32,000 nucleotides of DNA from the NCBI RefSeq assembly GCF_000260965.1, contig NC_017856.1:1290001-1322000 (forward strand), written 5' to 3'. The notes beneath the pieces are model-generated. The model saw only the letters and a program-made list of their open reading frames with translations, made no database searches and was not told the DNA's origin. Below are positions 1-10,049 of the stretch, piece by piece. Position 1 is the stretch's first letter, and every line of letters begins with the position of its first letter. Source of the DNA: Methylophaga frappieri (GTDB lineage: Bacteria; Pseudomonadota; Gammaproteobacteria; Nitrosococcales; Methylophagaceae). A program made the position numbers and the translations under genes.

Positions 1-1436
1 TTATCGGTGGTCTAATTATCGGTATTGCACAGCATAGTCTGAGTTTTGCTGAAGCCGCTCATAATTACACCTTACTGACCATTGGTGATGGTCTGGTTGC
101 ACAAATTCCCTCCTTGTTGCTGGCCGCCGCCGCAGGGTTGCTGGTCACGCGTTCTACCGCAGATCAAGACATGGGGGAGCAGATTGTTGGGCAGCTCTTT
201 AAAGAACCCAAAACTCTGGCTATCACCGCCGGTATTATTGGCGGCCTTGGTCTGGTGCCGGGCATGCCGACCATTCCCTTTCTATTACTTGCTGCAGCAG
301 GCGCTGGCAGTGCCTGGCTAATGGCGCAACGTCAAAAAGCCGCCGTTGCTGCCAGTACCCCGCAAAATCAGCCGGCGCCACCTAAAGAACAACGTGAACT
401 CAGCTGGGATGATTTGAGCCCTGTTGATCCAATTGGACTTGAAGTCGGCTATCGACTCATTCCGCTGGTCGATAAGAATCAGGGTGGACAATTAATGAAC
501 CGCATAAAGGGCATTCGGAAAAAAATCTCTCAAGAGATGGGTTTTTTAATCCCACCGGTGCACATTCGCGATAATCTGGATCTCACCCCAACGGCTTATC
601 AGATAACCCTGTTCGGCGTGACTTTCGGCGAAGCCGAGATTTATCCCGATCGCATGCTGGCTATCAATCCAGGGCAAGTATTTGGTGAATTAGAGGGTAT
701 CCGAACTCAAGATCCGGCTTTTGGGCTGGATGCTGTCTGGATCGAACCGTCCCAGCGCGAAACCGCGCAAGCGCAGGGCTATACCGTGGTTGATGTCGAT
801 ACGGTTATCGCAACGCACTTGAGCAAAATTCTGCAAAATCACGCCCACGATTTGCTTGGCCGGGAAGAAGTTCAACATCTTCTGGATAATCTTGCCAAAG
901 TCGCTCCCAAACTGGTTGAAGGACTGGTGCCAGACAGTGTACCGCTGGGGTCAGTCCAAAAAGTGCTACAAAATCTACTGCAAGAAAATATTCCAATCCG
1001 TGATATTCGAACCATCACTGAAGCTATTGCTGAGCAAGCTACCCGAAACCCGGATCCCGAAGCGATTACGGCTGCCGTCAGAATGGCATTGGCGCACTCG
1101 ATTGTTCAGCACATCAACGGCACTCGAAATGACCTGCCAATCATCACACTCGACCCTGAACTGGAACAGATATTGCTAAAAACACTGCAGGCATCTGGAG
1201 AAGGTGGCGCCAGTCTGGAACCCGGTCTTGCAGAAAACATGCATCGTAATTTGCAAGACGCAGCACAACGGCAGGAAATGGCCGGTGAATCAGCGATTCT
1301 TGTGGTGCAAGCGGGTTTACGCAGCTGGATTTCACGCTTCATCCGGAATGCGATACCGGGATTACACGTGCTGTCCTATAACGAAATTCCGGATGACAAA
1401 CAAATCAGAATTGTCGCCAATGTTGGCCGCCAGTAA
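1..1436 (+). CDS. flhA: Flagellar export gate protein FlhA, 3' portion (5' end lies upstream of the window)
   Basis: Frame +3 is open from nt 3 to TAA at 1434-1436. Translation from the window edge reads IGGLIIGIAQHS...YTLLTIGDGLVAQIPSLLLAAAAGLLVTR, the conserved FHIPEP/FlhA membrane region. A full FlhA-type cytoplasmic domain follows (GLEVGYRLIPLVD..., LGREEVQHLLDNL...). The track ORF 114..1436 is only the part after an internal start codon. Confidence 0.95.
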   Translation, partial: IGGLIIGIAQHSLSFAEAAHNYTLLTIGDGLVAQIPSLLLAAAAGLLVTRSTADQDMGEQIVGQLFKEPKTLAITAGIIGGLGLVPGMPTIPFLLLAAAGAGSAWLMAQRQKAAVAASTPQNQPAPPKEQRELSWDDLSPVDPIGLEVGYRLIPLVDKNQGGQLMNRIKGIRKKISQEMGFLIPPVHIRDNLDLTPTAYQITLFGVTFGEAEIYPDRMLAINPGQVFGELEGIRTQDPAFGLDAVWIEPSQRETAQAQGYTVVDVDTVIATHLSKILQNHAHDLLGREEVQHLLDNLAKVAPKLVEGLVPDSVPLGSVQKVLQNLLQENIPIRDIRTITEAIAEQATRNPDPEAITAAVRMALAHSIVQHINGTRNDLPIITLDPELEQILLKTLQASGEGGASLEPGLAENMHRNLQDAAQRQEMAGESAILVVQAGLRSWISRFIRNAIPGLHVLSYNEIPDDKQIRIVANVGRQ

Positions 1437-1450
1437 TTTGAGGTTAGCTT

Positions 1451-2644
1451 ATGAAAATTAAACGTTTCCAAGCAGCAGATGTCCGTCAGGCCATTCGGGA
1501 AGTTCGAGAAGTGCTTGGCCCCGATGCCGTTATTCTCTCGAACACCCGCGTTGATGGAGGTGTGGAAATTGTGGCGGCCACTGATTATGACGCCAGCCAG
1601 TTTCGTCAACCTGAGCCCGCCTCACACCGACAACAAAAGACGCCAAGTGTCGAAATTGATCCCCAAACACCGCAGCCATCAGGCCCGGCTCGCCAGGAAA
1701 ATATCTGGTCACAAGAGCCAACGCTAGTACAAATGCGCAAAGAAATCGCCAGTCTGCGTGACATGCTACAAAATCAGCTTTCGGATTTGGCTTGGAAAGA
1801 TATGGCACGTCAAAGCCCCACTCAGATTCAACTGCTTAAACGGCACTTACAAATGGGTACCGAGGTTGAATTGGCTAAAACACTGACTCAGCAAGCCGCT
1901 CATATCGATGATTTGGAAACCGCATGGCGCCAGTCTCTTGGCCAGTTGGCTGGGCAAATTCCACTTTGGCAAACAAATTTTCTGGATGAAGGTGGCATCA
2001 CTGCCTTACTCGGCCCGACCGGAGTAGGCAAAACGACGACCATTGCCAAACTGGCCGCGCGCTGCGCGCTCAAACATGGCGCCCGCCAAGTTGCCTTGAT
2101 TACTACCGACTGTTATCGCATTGGGGGGCAGGAACAACTGCGCACCTATGCTCGAATTCTCGGTGTGCCAGTCCGCGTGGCACGCAATCATGACGAACTT
2201 GCCACCACCTTGAGTGAGCTAGTTGATCGGCGTTTCATCCTGATTGATACTGCAGGCATGAACTCTCGAGATATTCAGCTCACACAAAAATTTGAATTGT
2301 TGCGTCAACGCGCGGCCCATATTCGGCCGTTATTAACACTTTCTGCAACCACACAAAACAGCGCACTCAATGATATGATTAGTGCGTTTTCACACTTAAA
2401 TTTAGATGGTTGTATTGTGACGAAAACCGACGAAACCAGTGGTCTGGGCGGTATTATTTCCGCGCTGGTCCGACATCAATTGCCTTTGGCATTTGTTTGC
2501 AATGGCCAACAGGTTCCAGAAGATTTATCACTGGCCAGACCCAACACCCTTGTCAATCAGGCGAGCGAATTGATGCAATCATCTCAACACACACCGGACC
2601 CGCAGACCGTGTCCAGTTATGGAGGTTTTGCCGCCTATGGCTGA
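1451..2644 (+). CDS. flhF: Flagellar biosynthesis SRP-like GTPase FlhF
   Basis: Starts MKIKRF. It has the P-loop LLGPTGVGKTTTIAKLAA, DTAG and TKTDE motifs of SRP-type GTPases. A GAGG Shine-Dalgarno precedes the ATG, and the gene sits directly after flhA. Confidence 0.9.
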   Translation: MKIKRFQAADVRQAIREVREVLGPDAVILSNTRVDGGVEIVAATDYDASQFRQPEPASHRQQKTPSVEIDPQTPQPSGPARQENIWSQEPTLVQMRKEIASLRDMLQNQLSDLAWKDMARQSPTQIQLLKRHLQMGTEVELAKTLTQQAAHIDDLETAWRQSLGQLAGQIPLWQTNFLDEGGITALLGPTGVGKTTTIAKLAARCALKHGARQVALITTDCYRIGGQEQLRTYARILGVPVRVARNHDELATTLSELVDRRFILIDTAGMNSRDIQLTQKFELLRQRAAHIRPLLTLSATTQNSALNDMISAFSHLNLDGCIVTKTDETSGLGGIISALVRHQLPLAFVCNGQQVPEDLSLARPNTLVNQASELMQSSQHTPDPQTVSSYGGFAAYG

Positions 2645-3515
2645 AGTACCCAAGGATCAGGCAGCCGGCCTGCGTGATATTCATCAGGCTGCTCGACCCG
2701 TTAAAGTCATCGCTATTGCCAGTGGCAAAGGCGGTGTTGGTAAAACCAACGTCACCGTTAATCTCGGTGTCGCCCTTGCTGCTATGGGCCGGCAGGTGGT
2801 GCTGTTAGACGCTGATCTAGGGCTTGCCAATATTGATGTGATTCTTGGCCTGCACCCTCAGTACAACTTGCAACATGTTTTACATGGCGAGAAGTCACTG
2901 GCTGATATTATGGTATCCGGGCCGGCCGGCCTGCAAATCATCCCGGCCGCATCGGGCGTCAAAAAAATGGCCGAACTCAGTCCCAGCGAACATGCGGGCA
3001 TGATTCAGGCTTTCAGCGAGTTGGAACAGCACATTGATGTGTTACTCATTGATAGTGCTGCCGGCATCGCTGACAGTGTTATCAGTTTCAGTAAAGCTGC
3101 GCAGGAAATGGTTGTGGTGGTCTGTGATGAACCTGCCTCAATCACCGATGCTTATGCCCTGATTAAATTACTTAGCCGGGAGCATAACGTCGAACGTTTT
3201 CACGTCATCGCCAATATGGCGCGTAATGTTCAGGAAGGTCGGGAATTGTTCGATAAAATCGCACTTGTTTGTGACCGGTTTCTCGATGTTTCACTCGATT
3301 TTATGGGGATTGTGCCTTTTGACGAAGATTTACGTCGCGCAGTTAAAAATCAACGCAGTGTCGTCGATTATCTGCCACGCAGCAAATCTGCGGCTGCCTT
3401 TACCCATCTTGCCAAAAAAATTGATTTCTGGCCGGTTAACAAACAGCCCAGTGGTCATATGGAATTTTTTGTCGAACGTTTGATTCGTGCGAGCATGGAA
3501 GCCAGCGACTTATGA
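2637..3515 (+). CDS. flhG: MinD/ParA-type ATPase FlhG (FleN), flagellar number regulator
   Basis: Deviant Walker A IAIASGKGGVGKTNVTVNLG, in the position between flhF and fliA. I prefer ATG 2637 because GGAGG at 2621-2625 lies 11 nt upstream and ATGGCTGA overlaps the flhF stop. The track start at 2619 is the alternative. Confidence 0.88.
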   Translation: MAEVPKDQAAGLRDIHQAARPVKVIAIASGKGGVGKTNVTVNLGVALAAMGRQVVLLDADLGLANIDVILGLHPQYNLQHVLHGEKSLADIMVSGPAGLQIIPAASGVKKMAELSPSEHAGMIQAFSELEQHIDVLLIDSAAGIADSVISFSKAAQEMVVVVCDEPASITDAYALIKLLSREHNVERFHVIANMARNVQEGRELFDKIALVCDRFLDVSLDFMGIVPFDEDLRRAVKNQRSVVDYLPRSKSAAAFTHLAKKIDFWPVNKQPSGHMEFFVERLIRASMEASDL

Positions 3516-4237
3516 TGAATGTGTCGATGTATGATCAACCTGCAATATCCTCTCAAAATGAGCTGATAACAACCCATGCAGCACTGGTCAAACGCATCGC
3601 CTATCACCTTATTGCGCGCTTACCCCATACTGTCGAAGTTGAAGACCTGATACAAGCTGGCATGATTGGTTTGCTTGATGCCGGTCATCTCTACCAAGCC
3701 AGTCAAGGTGCTAGCTTTGAAACCTATGCTGGCATCCGCATTCGTGGCGCGATGCTGGATGAAATAAGACGCAATGACTGGGCACCCCGCTCTGTTCACC
3801 GTAAAGCCCGGGAAATAGCTGATGTCATGCAACAACTAGAACAACAGCACGGTCGTCCCGCCAGCGAACAAGAAATAGCCCAAGCAATGGGCCTGTCTCT
3901 ATCAGCCTATCATCAACACCTGCAAGACGCTTCTGGACATCAGGTTTTCAGTCTGGATGAACTATCTGATCATCAACTCTTGGACACTGATGGGCTTGGT
4001 GAAAAACCGGCGACACCAGGATCGGAGACTGAACAAATGGGGTTTCGTCAGGCTTTGACAAATGCCATTGATAGTTTGCCTGAGCGTGAGCGTTTAATGA
4101 TGAGCCTGTACTATAATGAAGAATTGAATTTAAAAGAAATTGGCGAAGTGCTGGGGGTAAGTGAGTCCCGGGTCAGTCAGATCCACAGTCAAACAGTGAC
4201 GCGACTGCGCAGCAAACTTCGAGACTGGTTACAGTGA
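3512..4237 (+). CDS. fliA: Flagellar sigma factor sigma-28 FliA
   Basis: Sigma-70 family regions 2-4 are visible ([51 protein letters not shown]). ATGA overlaps the flhG stop. Confidence 0.9.
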   Translation: MMNVSMYDQPAISSQNELITTHAALVKRIAYHLIARLPHTVEVEDLIQAGMIGLLDAGHLYQASQGASFETYAGIRIRGAMLDEIRRNDWAPRSVHRKAREIADVMQQLEQQHGRPASEQEIAQAMGLSLSAYHQHLQDASGHQVFSLDELSDHQLLDTDGLGEKPATPGSETEQMGFRQALTNAIDSLPERERLMMSLYYNEELNLKEIGEVLGVSESRVSQIHSQTVTRLRSKLRDWLQ

Positions 4238-4253
4238 TTTTGGGAGAATCATC

Positions 4254-4643
4254 TTGGACAAGAACATGAAAATCCTGATTGTGGATGACTTTTCCACCAT
4301 GCGCCGGATTATCAAAAATCTGTTACGGGATCTGGGATTTAACAACACTATCGAAGCCGATGATGGCCTCACTGCCCTACCCATTCTGCAGGCGGGCGGT
4401 ATTGATTTTTTGATAACAGACTGGAACATGCCGGGCATGCAGGGCATTGATCTGCTCAAAACCGTACGTGCTGATGAAAATATGGCGACGCTACCCGTAT
4501 TGATGGTGACCGCAGAAACCAAAAGAGAACAAATCATCGAAGCCGCTCAGGCTGGGGTTAATGGTTATATCGTCAAACCTTTTACGGCTGCCACCTTAAA
4601 AGAAAAAATTGAAAAAATATTCGAACGCATCAATGCACAATAA
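4254..4643 (+). CDS. cheY: Chemotaxis response regulator CheY
   Basis: [19 protein letters not shown]..., [16 protein letters not shown] and YIVKPF are the canonical CheY residues (DD, D, T, K). The TTG start at 4254 has GGGAGA 6 nt upstream. ATG 4266 (MKILIVDD) is the alternative start. Confidence 0.93.
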   Translation: MDKNMKILIVDDFSTMRRIIKNLLRDLGFNNTIEADDGLTALPILQAGGIDFLITDWNMPGMQGIDLLKTVRADENMATLPVLMVTAETKREQIIEAAQAGVNGYIVKPFTAATLKEKIEKIFERINAQ

Positions 4644-4663
4644 CCACGCCAGGATGACGACAT

Positions 4664-5389
4664 ATGCAAGCAAACAATCAAGCCGCCCAAATTACGGCTG
4701 CCAAAGCCTTGCTGACCGCACTGGAAAGCGGTGACGACAACGCTGCAAAACAGGCACTTTCCCAGCTTACCGAGCAACGAGATAATGCGCTGTTTCAGGA
4801 GGTTGGCAAACTCACCCGCGAATTACACGAAGCCCTTAATAATTTTTCCATCGACAACCGTTTGGTAGATTTAACCCATAACACGATGCCTGATACGCGT
4901 GATCGGCTTAATTATGTTATCGAAACAACCGAATCCGCCGCCCATAAAACACTGGGTTTTATCGATGATACGTTACCCCTTGCTAATGAATTGCAAGCCT
5001 CTGCCGCTAAACTGGATGCAAGCTGGCAACGATTTCGAAACCGTCAGATGACAGCCGATGAGTTTCGTGAACTCAGTCGAGAAATTGAAGCTTACTTGCC
5101 AACCGTCAGCGAACACGCCGAACAGATTCACCATAACCTTTCGGAGGTGACGCTGGCCCAGAGTTATCAGGACTTGACCGGACAGGTGTTGCGACAAGTG
5201 ATAGAGCTATTGGAAGAAGTTGAAGACAATTTAGTCAGGCTGGTTAAACTCGCCGGTAAATCGAGTACGCCAACGACACCAGCTTCGACCGATGCCTTAA
5301 AAGCAGAAGGCCCTCAGATCAAGCCAAAAAGCAACGTTATCAATGACCAGGATGATGTTGATGATTTATTGTCCAGTCTTGGCTTTTGA
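4664..5389 (+). CDS. cheZ: CheY-P phosphatase CheZ
   Basis: Position between cheY and cheA. It has the central LTGQVLRQVIELL helix region and the characteristic acidic C-terminal CheY-binding peptide DDVDDLLSSLGF. Confidence 0.85.
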   Translation: MQANNQAAQITAAKALLTALESGDDNAAKQALSQLTEQRDNALFQEVGKLTRELHEALNNFSIDNRLVDLTHNTMPDTRDRLNYVIETTESAAHKTLGFIDDTLPLANELQASAAKLDASWQRFRNRQMTADEFRELSREIEAYLPTVSEHAEQIHHNLSEVTLAQSYQDLTGQVLRQVIELLEEVEDNLVRLVKLAGKSSTPTTPASTDALKAEGPQIKPKSNVINDQDDVDDLLSSLGF

Positions 5390-5400
5390 GGAAATAAGCG

Positions 5401-7353
5401 ATGACACTCGATACAGAAGACGAAATCCTTAAGGATTTTATGATTGAGGCCGAAGAAATTCTCGACGGCCTGAATGAGCAACTTGTTGCTCTCGAGAGTC
5501 AACCACAAGACAAAGAACTTCTGAATGCCATCTTTCGCGGATTTCACACTATCAAGGGCGGTGCCGGCTTCCTCAGTTTAGAAGCCATGGTCACATTATG
5601 TCACCAAGGTGAAGATGTCTTTAACCTGTTGCGTCAGGGCGAGCGCCAGGTCGATGCGGACATGATGGATACCTTCCTGAAAGTGCTGGATAGCTTGAAT
5701 AGCATGTTTGATGAACTCAAAGCGGGACACTACCCCAGTCCCGCTGAGCCAGTGATTTTGCAACAATTATCCGCTTATCTGGATCCAAGCGCTCCAACGC
5801 CAACACCGGCCCCAAGCCCAGTACCTGAAGCCGCATCAACTGCCACTGATGAAGACATTACCGATAGTGAGTTTGAAGCCTTGTTGGATCAATTGCATGG
5901 TACCGCAGCCCCCGGCAGCCAACCTGCTGCATCGTCCCATGCTGACACGGGCGCGCCGGCCCTATCCGACTCAACTGAAGGAGATATGACCGAGGAAGAA
6001 TTCGAAGCATTACTGGATGAATTACAAGGTAAGCGTCCAACCCCGGCCAACTTGGAAACGAAATCTGAACCCGTGCAGCCTGTCAGACCTGAAGCAAAAC
6101 CTTCTGAGTCTGTTGTTAATCCGCTGCCTGCCGAAAACAAAGTGCAGCCTCAATCCACAAACAAACCCGCAGCGCCCTCCGTAGAAACCAGCGTTCGAGT
6201 CGATACGGCACGTCTGGACGACATCATGAATATGGTGGGTGAACTGGTGCTGGTGCGCAATCGTATCAACACGCTGGAAACCGCTTTCGAAAATGAAGAA
6301 ATGGCAAAAGCGGTAAATAATCTGGCGCTTGTCACCGCTGATCTTCAGACCGCTGTCATGAAAACCCGCATGCAACCCATTAAGAAAGTGTTCGGCCGGT
6401 TCCCGCGCGTAGTCCGCGATCTTGCTCGAAACCTGAAGAAAGACATTAATCTTGAGTTGCGTGGCGAAGAAACCGATCTGGATAAAAATCTGGTTGAAGC
6501 GCTCGCTGACCCATTGGTGCACTTGGTTCGTAACGCGGTCGATCACGGTATTGAAATGCCAGATGTGCGTGAAGCAGCGGGTAAACCACGCACTGGTCAG
6601 ATTGTGCTTGGCGCCGCACAGGAAGGCGATCATATTTTACTGACTATTGCTGATGATGGCGCCGGTATGAATCCCGAGGTGTTACGGCGCAAAGCCGTTG
6701 AAAAAGGCATGATGGATGCCGATTCCGCAGCGCGTCTGACGGAGTCGGAATGTTTTGCGTTGATTTTTGCACCCGGTTTTTCCATGAAGCAGGAAATCTC
6801 CGACATTTCAGGTCGGGGCGTTGGCATGGATGTGGTGAAAACCAGTATTACCAAACTCAATGGCGTGATTGATATTCAGTCAGAAATGGGCAAAGGGACA
6901 ACCTTATCAATCAAGGTGCCGCTGACGCTTGCTATCATGCCAACATTGATGGTGATGCTGGGTAAACAAATCTTTGCCTTTCCGCTGGTCAACGTTAACG
7001 AAATCTTTAATCTGGATTTACGCCATACCAACACGGTTGATGGTCAACAAACTGTCATGGTCAGAAATAAAGCCCTGCCGCTTTTTTACCTCAGAAAATG
7101 GCTCACTCGTGATACTCCAGATGCGGTTAAGCCCGAAACAGAGCATGTTGTTATCGTAAATATTGGTACTCGTAAAGTCGGTTTAGTTGTCGATCAATTG
7201 ATTGGACAGGAAGAAGTCGTTATTAAACCGCTCGGCGCACTACTGCATGGTATTAAAGGGCTGGCTGGGGCAACCATTACCGGTGATGGTCGAATCGCGC
7301 TGATTCTGGATTTTCCGGAGTTAATGGCGTCCTATGCCAGTCGCAGCTATTAA
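5401..7353 (+). CDS. cheA: Chemotaxis histidine kinase CheA
   Basis: Hpt motif FRGFHTIKGGAGF. Dimerisation/HATPase blocks are present (LVHLVRNAVDHGIE, DDGAGM, GRGVGMDVV), followed by a C-terminal CheW-like P5 domain. GAGGA Shine-Dalgarno upstream. Confidence 0.95.
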   Translation: MTLDTEDEILKDFMIEAEEILDGLNEQLVALESQPQDKELLNAIFRGFHTIKGGAGFLSLEAMVTLCHQGEDVFNLLRQGERQVDADMMDTFLKVLDSLNSMFDELKAGHYPSPAEPVILQQLSAYLDPSAPTPTPAPSPVPEAASTATDEDITDSEFEALLDQLHGTAAPGSQPAASSHADTGAPALSDSTEGDMTEEEFEALLDELQGKRPTPANLETKSEPVQPVRPEAKPSESVVNPLPAENKVQPQSTNKPAAPSVETSVRVDTARLDDIMNMVGELVLVRNRINTLETAFENEEMAKAVNNLALVTADLQTAVMKTRMQPIKKVFGRFPRVVRDLARNLKKDINLELRGEETDLDKNLVEALADPLVHLVRNAVDHGIEMPDVREAAGKPRTGQIVLGAAQEGDHILLTIADDGAGMNPEVLRRKAVEKGMMDADSAARLTESECFALIFAPGFSMKQEISDISGRGVGMDVVKTSITKLNGVIDIQSEMGKGTTLSIKVPLTLAIMPTLMVMLGKQIFAFPLVNVNEIFNLDLRHTNTVDGQQTVMVRNKALPLFYLRKWLTRDTPDAVKPETEHVVIVNIGTRKVGLVVDQLIGQEEVVIKPLGALLHGIKGLAGATITGDGRIALILDFPELMASYASRSY

Positions 7354-7358
7354 GGATT

Positions 7359-8387
7359 GTGGTGACCATCAAAGTTTTGATTGTAGATGACTCGGCTTTT
7401 TTTCGGCGCCGATTGTCTGAAATCATTGATGCAGATCCGCGACTCGAAGTAGTTGGCACGGCATTAAATGGTCAGGATGCGATAACCCAGACGCGGCATT
7501 TCCGACCAGATGTGATTACCATGGATATCGAAATGCCGGTCATGGATGGTATTAGTGCAGTGCAACATATCATGCGTGACTGCCCAACCCCAGTGCTGAT
7601 GCTTTCCACCTGGACAACGGCAGGTGCTAAAGCAACGCTTGATGCGCTGGAAGCAGGCGCCATGGACTTTCAGGCCAAACGCTTTGACGAGTTGACTGAT
7701 GATAAGGTCGACGCCCGGCAAAAACTCTGCGAACGAATTTACCTGCTCGCCACCCATGCCAAACTTAAACGCATCCCCAATTTGCCTAAACCACCGCCAG
7801 TAATATTAGCTAAATCTCACACAAACTGGGAATTAGTGGTCATTGGTACTTCAACAGGCGGGCCGGTGGCATTGCAAAAAGTGCTCAGTCAGTTGCCCGC
7901 GCAGTTTCCTTACCCGATTCTGCTACTGCAACATATGCCAGGCAGTTTCACTCCCTCGTTTGCGGATCGGCTCAATCAACAATGTCAGATTACCGTCAAA
8001 CAAGCTGAACACGGTGACTTACTTCGTGCTGGCACGGCTTTACTCGCCCCCGGAGGGAAACAATTGCAAGTCACTGGCCGAGTCGGTTCTTTATCCGTTG
8101 TCATTACTGATGGCAGCCCAACAGATACCTACCGGCCCTGTATTGATAACACGCTGACCTCGATAAGTCAGATTTGCCCAAGTACGACCTTGGCGATTAT
8201 TCTGACGGGTATGGGCACGGATGGATGTGACGGTAGCAAACAATTATCCGCTGCAGGCGGTACGATTTGGGCACAGGATGAACAAACCAGTACCATTTAC
8301 GGCATGCCAATGGCGATTGCACGTGCCGGTATCGCCAGCAAAATTCTGTCGCTAAACGATATTGGCTCAAAACTGGCAGCATTGTAA
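7359..8387 (+). CDS. cheB: Chemotaxis methylesterase/deamidase CheB
   Basis: N-terminal receiver (KVLIVDDSAFFRRRL, VITMDIEMPVMDG) plus a CheB methylesterase domain (VVIGTSTGGP, LLLQHMP, ILTGMGTDG). GTG start with AAGGA upstream. Confidence 0.93.
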   Translation: MVTIKVLIVDDSAFFRRRLSEIIDADPRLEVVGTALNGQDAITQTRHFRPDVITMDIEMPVMDGISAVQHIMRDCPTPVLMLSTWTTAGAKATLDALEAGAMDFQAKRFDELTDDKVDARQKLCERIYLLATHAKLKRIPNLPKPPPVILAKSHTNWELVVIGTSTGGPVALQKVLSQLPAQFPYPILLLQHMPGSFTPSFADRLNQQCQITVKQAEHGDLLRAGTALLAPGGKQLQVTGRVGSLSVVITDGSPTDTYRPCIDNTLTSISQICPSTTLAIILTGMGTDGCDGSKQLSAAGGTIWAQDEQTSTIYGMPMAIARAGIASKILSLNDIGSKLAAL

Positions 8388-8389
8388 CT

Positions 8390-9130
8390 ATGGATATACT
8401 GAGTATTCTCGGCATTCTAATTGGCTTTGGTGCCATCGTCGTCGGCCAACAGTTAGAAGGCGGACACCTTAATACGATTTTGAATGCGGTTGCTTTATTA
8501 ATCGTACTAGGCGGCACATTGGGTGCTGTCATGTTGCAAACACCGCTGGCGACCTTTGTGCGCGCATTAAAAATGACGGCGTGGGTATTTCGGCCACCCG
8601 TTTTAGCACCAGAAAAACAGTTGAATAAAATTCTTGAATGGAACCAGCTTGCCAGACGTGAAGGCTTGCTAAAACTGGAGTCTATCGCACTTGAAGAGCC
8701 AGATGGCTTTACCCAGAAAGGCCTTCAATTAATTGCTGATGGTGCAGAACCGGACATGATTCGTGAAATCCTTGAAACTGATCTGGACCTGATTGAAACC
8801 CGAGATCTGGCTGCCGCTAAAGTTTATGAAGCAATGGGCGGGTATGCACCCACAATCGGTATCTTGGGCGCCGTATTAGGCTTGATTCACGTCATGGGAA
8901 ACTTGGCAGATCCGTCTTCGCTGGGTTCCGGTATTGCTGTCGCATTTGTGGCGACAATTTATGGTGTCGGTCTGGCTAATTTGTTGTTTTTGCCTATCGG
9001 CAATAAGCTGAAAACGCTGATTCAGCGCCGCTCTCAAGTCCAGATGATGCTGATTGATGGGCTCATCAGTGTTGCAGATGGCGACAATCCTCGGAATATC
9101 GAAAGTCGGTTACAGGCTTATCTGAATTAA
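8390..9130 (+). CDS. motA: Flagellar stator protein, MotA family (MotC/PomA-like)
   Basis: 246 aa with four predicted TM segments and the MotA/TolQ/ExbB channel signature region (YAPTIGILGAVLGLIHVM, GIAVAFVATIYGVGLANLLFLPI). It directly precedes the motB-like gene. Ion specificity cannot be read from the sequence. Confidence 0.9.
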   Translation: MDILSILGILIGFGAIVVGQQLEGGHLNTILNAVALLIVLGGTLGAVMLQTPLATFVRALKMTAWVFRPPVLAPEKQLNKILEWNQLARREGLLKLESIALEEPDGFTQKGLQLIADGAEPDMIREILETDLDLIETRDLAAAKVYEAMGGYAPTIGILGAVLGLIHVMGNLADPSSLGSGIAVAFVATIYGVGLANLLFLPIGNKLKTLIQRRSQVQMMLIDGLISVADGDNPRNIESRLQAYLN

Positions 9131-9131
9131 C

Positions 9132-10049
9132 ATGGCTCGTCGTCACCAACGTCATGAAGAACCCGAAAGCCATGAGCGCTGGTTAGTCTCTTATGCGGAC
9201 TTTATCACTTTGCTGTTTGCCTTTTTCGTCGTCATGTACGCGATTTCGTCAGTAAATGAAGGCAAGTATCGGGTACTGTCGGAAAGCCTTGAAGAGGTCT
9301 TTACCAGTACCAGCCGAAGCGCGGATCCCATTCAGGTTGGTGAAGTCAGTCGTGGCAACAGTTCTCAAGTAGTCGATGCTGGTACGCCGGTTCTTCCGGT
9401 TATTGAAACTCGCTTACCTGATGTGTCGCCATTTCCATCCCCTATCGATGATGGAAATGAACAGACAGCGGTCAAACAGATTGATGATGTTGCTGAGCAG
9501 CTAAACAACGCCCTCGTATCTTTAATTGATAACGAGGATGTCAAAATTATCGAGGGTGAGGACTGGCTGGAAGTCGAAATAAAATCCAATTTTCTTTTTG
9601 CCAGTGGTGATGCCCGTATGGCGAGCGAGGCAATCCCGGTGATTGGTCAGATCGCTGACGTGTTGTCGCCCATCAATAATCCGATTCAGGTAGAAGGATT
9701 TACCGATAACATCCCTATTAACACGCCGCAATTTCCCTCAAACTGGGAATTATCAGCATCGCGCGCCGCTAGTGTCGTTAACATTATGGATCGATTTGGT
9801 GTCGCCCCTGGCAGAATGTCGGCAATTGGATATGGGGAATTCAGGCCCGTTGCAGATAACGATACCGAAGCTGGTCGTCAGAAAAATCGGCGGGTTGTCT
9901 TGGTGGTGCTTGGCAACGAAAACAGCCGCCGTAATCTTGACTTAAACCGATCTAGTTCATTGCCACTTGATGCGTCAGTAATGCCGCCGATATCCCCAGA
10001 GGATATAACGGACAACAGCACCACAGCAGATTTAGCGGCTTCGCCATAG
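9132..10049 (+). CDS. motB: Flagellar stator protein, MotB family (MotD/PomB-like) with OmpA-like domain
   Basis: N-terminal WLVSYADFITLLFAFFVVMY contains the conserved channel Asp. The C-terminal OmpA-like peptidoglycan-binding block is present (GFTDNIPI..., SNWELSASRAASV, NRRVVLVV). Confidence 0.88.
   Translation: MARRHQRHEEPESHERWLVSYADFITLLFAFFVVMYAISSVNEGKYRVLSESLEEVFTSTSRSADPIQVGEVSRGNSSQVVDAGTPVLPVIETRLPDVSPFPSPIDDGNEQTAVKQIDDVAEQLNNALVSLIDNEDVKIIEGEDWLEVEIKSNFLFASGDARMASEAIPVIGQIADVLSPINNPIQVEGFTDNIPINTPQFPSNWELSASRAASVVNIMDRFGVAPGRMSAIGYGEFRPVADNDTEAGRQKNRRVVLVVLGNENSRRNLDLNRSSSLPLDASVMPPISPEDITDNSTTADLAASP

Noticed and set aside
6022-6633. 203-aa minus-strand ORF inside cheA, plus the smaller antisense ORFs 5858..6040, 5889..6140, 6150..6335 and 6630..6860.
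   Set aside because: All are fully antisense to a high-confidence CheA gene with every catalytic block intact. The translations have no recognisable motifs and look like typical shadow ORFs.
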